Source: Nemertoderma westbladi | Lineage: Eukaryota > Animalia > Xenacoelomorpha | Direction: 5' to 3' | Assembly: GCA_032718475.1 (NCBI GenBank) | Contig: JAUCBJ010007402.1 | Coordinates: forward strand, 1 to 64,000 | DNA length: 64,000 nucleotides | In this document: positions 24,778 through 35,093 of the stretch, piece by piece | How the letters are laid out: each line of letters starts with the position of its first letter | Numbering within the stretch: position 1 is the first letter of the stretch | Notes under the pieces: generated by a model | The model's database searches: none | Seen by the model: only the letters and a program-made list of their open reading frames with translations | What the model was told of the DNA's origin: nothing | Made by a program: the position numbers and the translations under genes

Positions 24778-27083
24778 GTACCACCCATGCGTAGGCTTAC
24801 TGTGCTGATTATGGTTTGATTGATTGATTGTTTTTTACACATAATTAAACCTTTTAAAATTCACAATAATACATTTATAAAGATTACGTTACGATATTAG
24901 GCCTACAGTACAAGTAGGCCTAATAACACTAGATATTTAGGAGCACCAATACTGATTTATGTAGATAGTCAACTTATAAAATGTTTATTTACTTAAATAA
25001 AAGGTTCTGGTGTAAGGATAGCCTCATGAGGTATATACCTCGTTTCCATGAGGGTCCTATAATAATTTTCATACTCTAATATTTAAAGCTAGTCAGACTG
25101 TGGTACCTAAGCTATATACTGTTAGGTATATTGCTGTATTGGGGTGGGGTTAGGAATAATCCATTTGTTTTAGCATTGAACTGTTGAATCCCCTTATTTA
25201 TTATAAAACCATTGGAAATATTCGCAAATGCCGCTCCATTACTGTCTGATGTCTGAAACGCTCCCGACAGTCCGATGTATCTGGACCCGAGCAGCCGAGT
25301 TGCTTCAAGAGGTGATTAACGGGGGAATACTACGGAATTGCTTGTTTGTCAGTACGATTCTATTTGGGTATTTACTACACTCAGACACTGGGAATACGGC
25401 GGTCGGTCAGATCGTAATGCGGGCCACTGCCAAGTTCATCATGCCTCACTCCGGTCACCCACCTTGGAGTGCGGTGGGAAGAGTCCCACTTACTGACTTA
25501 CGTCGACGACTGGACGAATCGACGAGGATTGCGATCTGGGTTTAGCGGCGGCCCGGATCCTGGGATCGCCTGGGGGAAATGGTTGAACGTTGGGCAGACG
25601 TTATCGCACTGGATTACGTTCTCTGTGACGCGAAAGTGTGAAGCGAATTCGTTGTCGAATTGGGTCGGAAGCTGCGGGAATTCTACTGTTCTACGGGAGT
25701 AAACCGCAGCGGTCCGGTGACTCTGACTACGGACGGATACTACTGGGATAAGCAGGTATTTCGATCGAGTTTCTCGTATTCTCGATGCTCGAGGCGGATA
25801 GAGAGTTGGTTGTGTTGGGCGGTGTTGTTCAATTCTATCAAACATATTAAATAATTGGTAAAATAATAAAAACACACCAGATAAAGATACTGAGCTTATG
25901 GTAAAGAGATAGGCCGAACTTACAATTTCCAAATAGATTGTTCATATAATAAATATATTTTTGGTATTTGATTTCAAGATAGGGGGGGGGGGGGGGGGGG
26001 GGGGGCTGGACGCAATAAAAATTCATCCCTCTCCAGGGGAAATTGGACGCAAATAACAACAGCTGATTACTCTCAAAAATAAAACTGTAACCTGTTCTAT
26101 TGTGTTTACTTTATTGTTTTGGTTAAAATAACGTGCCACTGTAACCTGCTCCTTTCCCAAAATTTAGAAATTAATATTGAGGCGGGATATTAATTCGCCA
26201 AGATGGGATTTGCGTCCAGTCCCACCCCCCTCCTATCTCTTGATTTCACTAAAAAATAGAATACATTGCATTTTACTGTTATAATTACTGTATTGAATAA
26301 AATAATTAATTGATTGTTTATTATACCATGCTAAGCACGTTGAACTGGAGCTCTAACAATTCCCCACTAGCGGCAGACAGGAACTGTAAAAGTCTCTGTA
26401 GAATTTATAATTAAGCAATGCTCTTAGGTAACTACTACTAAATTTCAGATGAATCTGATCGTTGGTTCTATAATTACAGCTATTTTTACGTTTCTGTTAA
26501 TTCGCCCCCTAGCGGCAGACCGGGGAACTGTAGAAGTCTGTCTGTGTGTAGAATTTCTAAATTTTTTTAAGACTACAAGTGTACCAAGTTTGGTTCCATT
26601 TCATCCATGATTGACCGACTTATTAGCGTTCAAACATTCCTGCCACGAATAAAAGCTGCAGGAACTCGAGCGATAATTAATTTATTTATTATTAAATACT
26701 GTTTCAATTAAATTCTTTACGAAAATCTAGTCATCTTCTTTTAAATATGGACCCTGCATTCATGGAAAATATAATATTTGATAATTCATCAGTCACCAGT
26801 CAGCCTACGCTAATTTCACAGCAAAGTCCTTGTCATGGCCTGTGTGTAGTAGGCCATGGTACCACCCTACTACCGGTACCGGCTGACCGGTGGCAACTAG
26901 CACTTGCACAGCAACAGCCCTACCGGCGATACACAGGTTGAAATTTATGTAGAGTTTGCTCAACAGTACAGATATAAAATAGTTATCTAAATTATATATA
27001 TTACTATTGACAAGTATTGAAATATATACCGTTATTCGTGTTATCAGTATTTGCAACATCTGACATTGAAGAGGTGAGAGAAG

Positions 27084-27412
27084 ATGAATACCGACACTCA
27101 ACAAAACCAACGCTTATCACAGGTCGGTATGGTTACCTCGAAACCGGCGCGACTGTCCACTCGAATACAACTTCAAAACACAAACGCCAACAATAAACTG
27201 AAAGCGAATCGAACGTCTTCAGAAGAATCTGTCATTGGGACGAAGAAAAGGAAGCCGAAACCACGGGAATGGACCACAGCTAAGATTGAATGCTCCCATT
27301 GTCAGAGTTCCTGGACCGAAATTGAAACACCAATTGCCGATGGGCTTGATCTCTCAAACCAAAACTTCCTCTGCGGGGTTTGCGCGGCAGTAAAGATTGA
27401 AAGTCTGGAAGC
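27084..27412 (+). pseudogene. N-terminal fragment of a related LINE ORF1 (zinc-finger part), 3'-truncated
   Basis: IECSHCQSSWTEIE...FLCGVCAAVKIESLE aligns with VECSFCKSTWTEIE...FACGFCSAVKIAKLE of ORF 16206-17219; homology stops at 27412 where scaffold sequence resumes. Confidence 0.8.
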
Positions 27413-27817
27413 TGGCATCCCTAGGTATTATTATTATAAAGAGCGTCAGCCTGCGTTTAATAAATATATTTTAATACAAAACAGGTCGAACGCAAAGAGG
27501 CTTATAATGAAGACGAGTACTGCATTGATTATATTCCTATAAACCACCTGGCTTTGCATATTGAACGTGCGTTTGGAAATAAGTTCGTGCTACCCTTCCG
27601 TGGGTGGTAGATGTCGCGGTTATGTATTGGTGGGTGGGAAGGGAGGGGGCGGGGGGGGGGGGTGCAGATTAAAAGGGGTGAACACGTACTGTCCCCCTTT
27701 CTTTGATTAATTGGTGGTGTTGGTTAATCTCTCATAACCTGATTTTGTGATACAGTCGCACAATTTTAATTTGTATCTCATAACTGGGCCTCGTGCTGCG
27801 CGAAGGCCCCACGAACG

Positions 27818-27930
27818 TGTACATTTTATTAACTGTATGTCTTATTGCCTACCTCATGAATATGGAAACATAGTGCAGAATTGCTTGACTCTGTATTTTC
27901 TTCTGCTTGATTAGACTGCAATTCTCAACA
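27818..27930 (+). repeat. BEL/Pao #2 5' LTR remnant (last ~113 bp only)
   Basis: Matches 49007-49117 of the 3' LTR. Confidence 0.9.
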
Positions 27931-28618
27931 TGGTGCCTGGGCCCTTTGAGTCCTCCTGACCTAATTGTACCGCACATACGGTACCACTGGAAATACGGTA
28001 CATCTACCTGCAGACCTGACTACGTAGGTGCTAATTGAATATTACGCCTGCTGTAATAATGGAATCTAAAAAACACAACGCAATTACTCCCATCAACTGG
28101 CAGACTGGGGATGACGGACCACATTGATTTAACATGTTTTGTACCTATGGATGCCTTGGAATCTAGAAATAGTGCTACTGTTCTAAGCCTACTACCTACA
28201 GATAATGAAATGTTGAATACTTGAATATACATTGAAATGTTAATTAACTTCTAAAGACCGAGGTTAGTTTGCTATCCTACTGCAGTGCACATTGTGTTAA
28301 TGTATATGATAAAATATTATCATACTGCTGAAATTATTCTATATAATTACTCGTTGAATTCTACAATCAATGTATGTACCTTTCTACTGTCTGTTTTCGC
28401 TTCAGAATTGCTTATATTTGCTGATTATCTCCTTTCTGCTATATTTAACTGTTTGATTGAATTGACTGTTGATGATTATTATTAATTGCTTGGCAGCTTG
28501 GTATAATAATGTACAGTGTAAACCGGCCTAACCAAATGAAATATTGGGTTAATTAGGTTTATTATTAATTACATCCCCTGAGCCTACAGGCCTACAAAAC
28601 AAATCCTATGCAATAAGT

Positions 28619-29386
28619 ATGCCTCCAAAACAAGTTGGAATAGATCCAAACAGCTTAATAGCTAAAGTAAAGTTAGAAAGAAAAAATAAACGCACGGCTT
28701 ACACAAAAATATATCAAAATGCAGAGAAATTATTTAATGTGAAAAATGACAATGAAGGTACATATGAGACATTATGTATTTTTCATGAAAGAATGGATAA
28801 TACATTTCAAGAAATGAAGTCATTGGATGGAAAAATACTTGAAATTTTTAGTGATGATGACCAATATGAAGTTGAATCAGAGGCAATAGCTGATCGGGAA
28901 GGAGATGATGCTATTCGTTTAGATGTAGTTAAAGGGCAGATTAATAAGTTTAGGACACTTATAGACAGAGCCAACACTGACAGAAACCAGTCATCAAGGT
29001 CTAGTTCATCTACTGTATCTACATCGAAATTACCAAAAATTGAATTAACAAAATATGATGGCTCACTTACAAAATGGCAAGGTTTTATTGACCAATTTGA
29101 TGCTGAGGTTGGATCCAGGGCTGACCTTACAAAGTCTCAAAAATTTAACTACTTAAAGCCCCTACTTATAGGGGAAGCTGCACAAATAATAGAAGGTTAT
29201 ACTGCTTCAGATGCCAATTATGAAATGGCATTAAAAACACTAGTTGAACGGTTTGGAGATCACAATAAAATTGTAAGAATACTTCATCATAAATTGTTGA
29301 CTTTGGGTCTAACAGACCAATCCCTACACTCACTACGTAAATTTTATGATGAAATTATGGTTCACCTTCGTTCATTAGAAGCACTT
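28619..29386 (+). CDS. BEL/Pao #2 Gag N-terminal 256 aa (interrupted by insertion)
   Basis: KLPKIELTKYDGSLTKWQGFIDQF...QKFNYLK...NYEMALKTLVERFG capsid motif. The listed ORF tail after 29386 reads into the inserted LTR. Confidence 0.92.
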
Positions 29387-31079
29387 TGTTGCCGTTATCC
29401 CTACACCAGGGGGGAAAAACGCCGATGCTGGAGACGTGACTTAACAGACCACCGAGCCCCGGCCAGTCACCGGATATTGATTGTGGGGAGGGAATATTTT
29501 CTGAGATGCAAGTTTGCGGTTGATAAAAAGCTGCATTAGTTGGATATACTCTTTAATGTAACTTCCTATAGTTGAAACCCGTTCAACATCATTGAAACTT
29601 GTTCAACATCATTGAAACTTGTTCAACATCATTGAAACTTGTTCAACATCATTGAAACTTGTTCAACATCATTGAAACTTGATTAAGAATAATTTTGGGC
29701 TTCCCCAAATCAATATACACCAAATATTCACAATAATTATACACGATAATATAAATCCCTACGGTATATTATTTAATAACCCACTGTTCGCTCAGAATTT
29801 TAGCCTACCTAATGTTCCCCAGATTTTCCCTCGGTCCCAGTCTTAGTGCCGTAGTGTCGGTGTCGGTCGACCCTGTCGCGTGTCCGTTCCACCCCTCACG
29901 ATCCCCGAAGGGAACGATCATCGAGAACCAGCATGGCTTGGCTAAGGGTCGGTCCAGTCGGTAAACTCTGTCGCGTATCCGTACCACCCCTCTCGAACCC
30001 CGAAGGGTTCGGTCATCGAGAACCAGTACGGCTTGGCTAGGAGTCTGTCGTGTCGGTGGACCCGTTCGCGTGTCCGTTCCACCCCTCACGAACCCCGAAG
30101 GGTTCGATCATCGAGAACCAGAACGGCTTGGCTAGGGGTCCGTCGTTTCGTCACAGAAACCCAACCACCTAGGCTTTCCGAGTCCCTTTCAGGCTCGTAG
30201 TCGCTTCGGCAGCCGAGAAACTGCTCCGAACAGTTGGTAGGCCAGTAGAGTCTAGTCGAGTCTAGTCCTTTGTCTTTCGACCCCATCGCGTGTCCGTTCC
30301 ACCCCTCACGAACCCCGAAGGGAACGATCATCGAGAACCAGTACGGCTTGGCTAAGGGGTCTGTCGTCGGTTCCCGTCGCAAATCCCAGTACAAGCAGTC
30401 AGCGTTCCGAGTTCTTTTCAGTCTCGTAGTAGCTGCCGTTGACCAGAGACCGCTAAGGGCAGTTCTCGTCAAACCCGTCCTGTGGCCAGCCCTTTCGCAT
30501 GTCCGTCCCACCCCTCGCGAACCCCGAAGGGATCGGTCATCGAGAACCAGTATGGCTTAGGTCAGGGGGCAGTCGTTAGTTGGCCACCCGTTCGCGTGTC
30601 CGCTCCACCCCTCACGAACCCCGAAGGGAACGATCATCGAGAACCAGAACGGCTTGGCTACTAAGGGGCCGTCGGTGCCCGTCGCAAATCCCTGACACAA
30701 GCAGTCAGCGGTCCGAGTTCTTTTCAGTCTCGTAATGGCTGCTGTTGGCCAGGGACCGCTAAGGGCAGTCCTTGTCCTTTAGGCCTGGCGCATTACCAAA
30801 TCCACCCCTACAGGCAGCAGGAAGTTGGCCAGGGCCTAATAGTACTCAGGCTAACCTGAATACTGCTTGCATTTTCCATCCCCCCCTGGCCCTTATAACT
30901 ATGAAATTATTCCCGTACCCTGTAAGTTGCCCCAAAGTTCGCCCATAAATCGCCCCCAGTTTATTGAATGTGCCCAAAACCCATGGTCCCGCACCCAGTA
31001 GTAATATCGGAATAATCAATTTTAAATAAAATACAAAAATATTCAACTCGCGTTATGGAAAGTTGAAATACCGCGAACA
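29387..31079 (-). repeat. BEL/Pao #3 3' LTR (1693 bp): 20-bp x5 tandem repeat and six ~70-bp structured repeats
   Basis: gttcaacatcattgaaactt x5 at 29581-29680; ~70-bp repeats starting 29876, 29971, 30066, 30286, 30495, 30592. Confidence 0.95.
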
Positions 31080-31244
31080 GTCCCCCCCAATGACCTTCGT
31101 GAAGTCTGTCGGTCGATTGAGTTTGCGTAGGTCATTCCCAATATAAAAAACCCAAATTTAATATTGCATAGTTTTTAATTAATTTGGCCTAGAGTTTGTA
31201 TAAAAATAAATGTTCGATAAATGTTCCTGGAATATCCCGATCCA

Positions 31245-32333
31245 CTATTTCTTTCTCTGATACGCCTTTCGTCTCTTCGCCCGTCGACTCTCATCGATCG
31301 CTATGGCTGGTAGAGGAGCGTCAACATCCATCGTGAGTAACGCTTCGGCTTGTCTCCTGGCGGCTCTTCCTTTCGAAGGCATCGGGATCATGTCGGTTCG
31401 TCTTTCCAACTCAGATTTGCGTGCCTCTAGGAACCATTCTCCGTCACCGAACTCCTCTTTATACGAGTATAATCGTCTAATGACTTCAAATGGACCGAAT
31501 AATCCGGCGCTCAGTAGTAGATCCACGTAATGGAAAGGTAGCGTGGCCGACGTGTGGAGGCGTTCCGGGAAGGAGAAATATCCGCACGCCATCTCCTGCG
31601 CGATATTCCGAGCGTTTCTCCGAACCTTGGTCTTTAAATGGCTGTTTGCGTATGTTTCAAACATGACCATATTGCCCATAGCGGTAACGTCTTTGGTTGG
31701 ACATTTGATATAGCAGCGGGGGCTAGAGGAATGTCCGTGGAAACCGCACGTGGTGCAGAGGTTATAAAGGATCGGGCAGACGGAAACGTCGTGGCCCGAT
31801 GTCGCGCAGTATGGGCAATAGAGTATCCCGAGGAGCTGGAGGCAAGAATCGGTAACCCGATTCCTTCTGCCGCGTGGGCACTGCTCCGAGCCGCAGTCGC
31901 CGCATACCTCCAACTGCATCTCTCGACCGGGGAATATCGGAATCGGGACGCCGACGTAGTATTCGAGTCGTCGGTCGCTCTTCGGAATATTCTCGGTGGT
32001 CGGTAGCCCGCGGAATGCTAGGCTTTTGCGTAATAGGTTCTCGCTCCGATAACCTTCTTTGTGTCCCGCTGGTCTCAACTCGGATGACCGTTTCTGGCGG
32101 TGGATCCATTCAGTTTGCTCGGCGTACCAACGGGTTAGTCGCATAGGGTCCTGAGGAACGGCGGGTGTAGTAGCCACCGCTGGTCGGCGAAGAGGTGCCG
32201 GGGTTTTCGACGGAGGGATACCGAGGAGATCGTCGGGGGTCGGCGCGTCGCTGGGGCCCTCCTCGATCAGTATCGCTGCGCGGGTCCGTTGGTGGCTGGT
32301 ACTCGGAATCTCCGACGACCAATCCTTCGCCAC
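31245..32333 (-). CDS. Accessory Cys/His-rich (zinc-knuckle-like) protein, 362 aa; possibly the C-terminal half of the exonuclease-like ORF
   Basis: CGDCGSEQC...C...CPYCATSGHDVSVC...CTTCGFHGHSSSPRC; basic C-terminus RRAKRRKAYQRKK; overlaps the upstream ORF by 224 nt in the +1 frame; listed start is GTG. Confidence 0.75.
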   Translation of the reverse strand: MAKDWSSEIPSTSHQRTRAAILIEEGPSDAPTPDDLLGIPPSKTPAPLRRPAVATTPAVPQDPMRLTRWYAEQTEWIHRQKRSSELRPAGHKEGYRSENLLRKSLAFRGLPTTENIPKSDRRLEYYVGVPIPIFPGREMQLEVCGDCGSEQCPRGRRNRVTDSCLQLLGILYCPYCATSGHDVSVCPILYNLCTTCGFHGHSSSPRCYIKCPTKDVTAMGNMVMFETYANSHLKTKVRRNARNIAQEMACGYFSFPERLHTSATLPFHYVDLLLSAGLFGPFEVIRRLYSYKEEFGDGEWFLEARKSELERRTDMIPMPSKGRAARRQAEALLTMDVDAPLPAIAIDESRRAKRRKAYQRKK

Positions 32334-33846
32334 CCGGGAAAGGATACGGGGATAACCGTTGGCATATGTCGCCGAAGTCGCTCAATGCAGCTGTAGTAGC
32401 CACCTCCCTCGCGGGGCTACCGGAGCCGCGTGGAGTGTAAACGCCTGCTCTCTTCATCGGTTCGGTCGAGGCAACCCGTTTGGCGGCCGGTCCATACGCG
32501 GCCTCCGGCTCTAGTTGTCGCTTCGGGGTGGAGAGTAGAACACCCTCGTTTAGCCATATCTCTTCCCCTTCCGAAGAGATCAGAGGCTCCTCCGCACCGA
32601 GAAGTTCGGTAATCGTAGGGATGTCGTAAGGTCCGCTCTCGTCCCAGGAATCGATAACGGCGGGTGTTTTCGATTCTCCCGGTGTAATGTTCTCGACCGC
32701 TTTAAACGCGTGGTTTATAACCTCGTTCCAGTCGTAGTCGACGAAGGAAAGGGGGACCGCCGTAATAAGGTTATCGAGAGTTTTACAGATAAACTTAGCG
32801 ACGGTGTAGCATTCCATAACGACGTAAACGTAGTTCCGTCGATCGGGATTCTCCCATCTTTGGTGTATCGTCCACTTCCGATCAACGTCCTTCCATCGAC
32901 CCTCTCGCTCGCTCTTTATTTCCAATCCCGGGTATCCACCGTATATTTTATTATAGTCCCGGAATTTCTGAGGTTTGAAGTCGATACCGCCGTTTAGCAC
33001 AGCGAGGTAGCCGATCCCGGATTTCGTCGGTCTCACCTCTTGGAATCCTCGCATGAACTCGGCGAATCGTAACCAGGCTAGTAACGTTTGAGTGTCGATG
33101 CAATGGCTAAGGGCGTTGAGGTCGTCTCGTCGGTTTCTTCCTGTAGGAGCGTTCGCGTAGTCGTTCCGGACGTCCGCCTTGATATCCGACCCGATTTTAA
33201 TGACGTCGAAGTCGAAGAGGATCTTTTGGATTTCCGGAGGCAGCAACCAGATCGCTCCGGCTGCCTGCACTTCCTGTCTGGGTGTCGGGAATATTCGGCA
33301 CACCAGTACCAAACCGTCCAGGGTTCCGAGGACGACGACTAAGGATCGACCGTATTCTTTCGCCCCGTACTTTTCCTGGTAGTCGTCGCGGTTTTGGATA
33401 ATCGATACGCGTTCCTCTCGAAGCGTCGCCGTACACTCCGACAGTTTTCCCCAGTGGGCGAGGTACGTACTCTTGTCGTCGACGAAACTTTGACATCTCG
33501 CCAACGTAATCGCTTTCGAGGTGGGCGTCGCGTTTCCCTCGTTGTCGTAGATCAAACATCGGGATCTGTAGATGCTCTGCCGGAACGTTTCCCAAAACGA
33601 CGAATCGTCCCCTCTGGTTGCCTTTGCGTTCCGAGTTCTTTTCAGTCTCGTACTAGCATCGGCTAACCGGAGGGCTCGTAGATTCTTAGAATCCGGTCCC
33701 TCTCGCCCGGTGAATTTAATGACTCGCACGTTCTCATTTAGCAGGGTGCTCCAATTTGTATCAAAGTCAGGGGATCCAGGTTGCGAATATTCCAGTAGAT
33801 CTATCGTGTTACGTAATTCGCCGATAATTTGGCGATTTGGGTCCAT
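32110..33846 (-). CDS. Accessory protein with WRN/Mut-7/EXD-type DEDDy 3'-5' exonuclease fold, 578 aa
   Basis: VVVLGTLDGLVLVCRI...LPPEIQKILFDFDVIKIGSDIKADV...CIDTQTL...SGIGYLA...RWE...YVVMECY follows the order and spacing of the WRN-exo family signature (LQLA...LP..L..LL.D..I.KVG.....D...vDL...SL..L...W...YAA.DA). Confidence 0.75.
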   Translation of the reverse strand: MDPNRQIIGELRNTIDLLEYSQPGSPDFDTNWSTLLNENVRVIKFTGREGPDSKNLRALRLADASTRLKRTRNAKATRGDDSSFWETFRQSIYRSRCLIYDNEGNATPTSKAITLARCQSFVDDKSTYLAHWGKLSECTATLREERVSIIQNRDDYQEKYGAKEYGRSLVVVLGTLDGLVLVCRIFPTPRQEVQAAGAIWLLPPEIQKILFDFDVIKIGSDIKADVRNDYANAPTGRNRRDDLNALSHCIDTQTLLAWLRFAEFMRGFQEVRPTKSGIGYLAVLNGGIDFKPQKFRDYNKIYGGYPGLEIKSEREGRWKDVDRKWTIHQRWENPDRRNYVYVVMECYTVAKFICKTLDNLITAVPLSFVDYDWNEVINHAFKAVENITPGESKTPAVIDSWDESGPYDIPTITELLGAEEPLISSEGEEIWLNEGVLLSTPKRQLEPEAAYGPAAKRVASTEPMKRAGVYTPRGSGSPAREVATTAALSDFGDICQRLSPYPFPGGEGLVVGDSEYQPPTDPRSDTDRGGPQRRADPRRSPRYPSVENPGTSSPTSGGYYTRRSSGPYATNPLVRRAN

Positions 33847-34398
33847 ATTTACGATTATATCCGTTACAAATTAGATCAGTTAATTATAAGTCCAGAAAGT
33901 CTGAAACTATAGCGATAGCAGAATAATTCAGTTTTTTATTTAATTCAGTTTATTAAATAACATTGCTATATAGACATCTATAATCTTATTGCTAATACAT
34001 TCAGCATTTACAGTTACTATAGCTATACATTAATATCCAACCAGTTTTTTATGACTTTTTTGTCCTTTTCTTTTTTCTAATTCTTTTCTTTAGACTTTTT
34101 TATACCTTTTTTTTGTCTTTTTTCATTTCATTATTATTTCATCTCATTTCATTTATTTCCACATATTTCGACACATTTATTTCCACCATTTATTTCACAT
34201 TTATTTATTTCCACATCATCATTGGGTTTATAGCCCCCCGGCTATCATCATTTGTTATGAGCGCAGCACCAGGGTGCGCATCATTACATTTTCATCAGTA
34301 TACGCGTCATCATTCAGGTTTATAGTAGAGTTGTCTGATCCTTTTCATCGTTTCCAACTATATTCAATCATTTTCTTTGGTTAATCTTTGTCGTGGAA

Positions 34399-34820
34399 GG
34401 GGTGTTACGCGGCAATCTGGGATCTACAGCTGGACTCGTTACACCGCCTACGCCCCAAACTGCGCACGTAACGGACAATGAAGACGCTGGGAGTGAAGTC
34501 ACGTGGATGCACCATGGACCCACCAGAATAACACTCCCAACAACATAAAGCTCAGTCGACGAAGTCATGTGGGATGTGGTTACGCAACATTCTGGGATCT
34601 ACAGCTGGACTCGTTACACCGCCTACGCCCCAAAATCCACGCAACGGTCCCACCAGAATAACGCGACTGAGAAACATAAAACCCTCTATCGTCGAAGTCA
34701 CGTGGATGCACCATGGACCCACCAGAATAACGGGATAGAGGGGGTGTTGCGCGGCAATCCGGGATCTACAGCTGGACTCATTACACCGCCTACGCCCCGA
34801 ACCGCGCACGCAACGGACAA
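34399..34820 (-). repeat. Three ~80-bp hairpin repeats interleaved with a ~38-bp repeat between pol and the accessory ORF
   Basis: gggatctacagctggactcRttacaccgcctacgcccc core at ~34399-34478, 34578-34648, 34741-34820; gaagtcacgtggatgcaccatggacccaccagaataac at ~34495 and ~34694. Confidence 0.9.
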
Positions 34821-35093
34821 CATAACATACTGCGATGAATACAATGAATTCCACTTCAAATCTTTTCCATTTCCAATAATCCAATATCGTAGGTCCTGAT
34901 GACCAAAATCAGGGTAAACAATGCATAAACGACCCTGCGTCAGTCGAAACATCTGCAGGGTGACGCTGGACTCCACATAACACACGAGGAAACACAAATA
35001 CCATTGCGTGGTTACAGTTGGTTTAAGGGGGGTCCATAACTCATTGTCGATAAATCACAGTCAAAAAGAGTTTGTCAACATGATGAGAAGGGT

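Noticed and set aside
29876-30660. CRISPR array (repeat-spacer look, self-matching spacers)
   Set aside because: Repeats are ~70 bp, spacers range ~20-145 bp, there are no cas genes, and the array lies inside eukaryotic LTRs. Reported instead as a structured RNA array.
29876-30734. Hammerhead/HDV/twister ribozyme or SECIS in the LTR repeats
   Set aside because: No CUGANGA...GAAA core or HDV nested pseudoknot could be built by eye. The AUGA/GA core resembles SECIS, but helix II is only 7 bp with a UUCG loop and no apical AAR.
31245-33846. env gene
   Set aside because: No signal peptide, transmembrane anchor or glycoprotein-like pattern.
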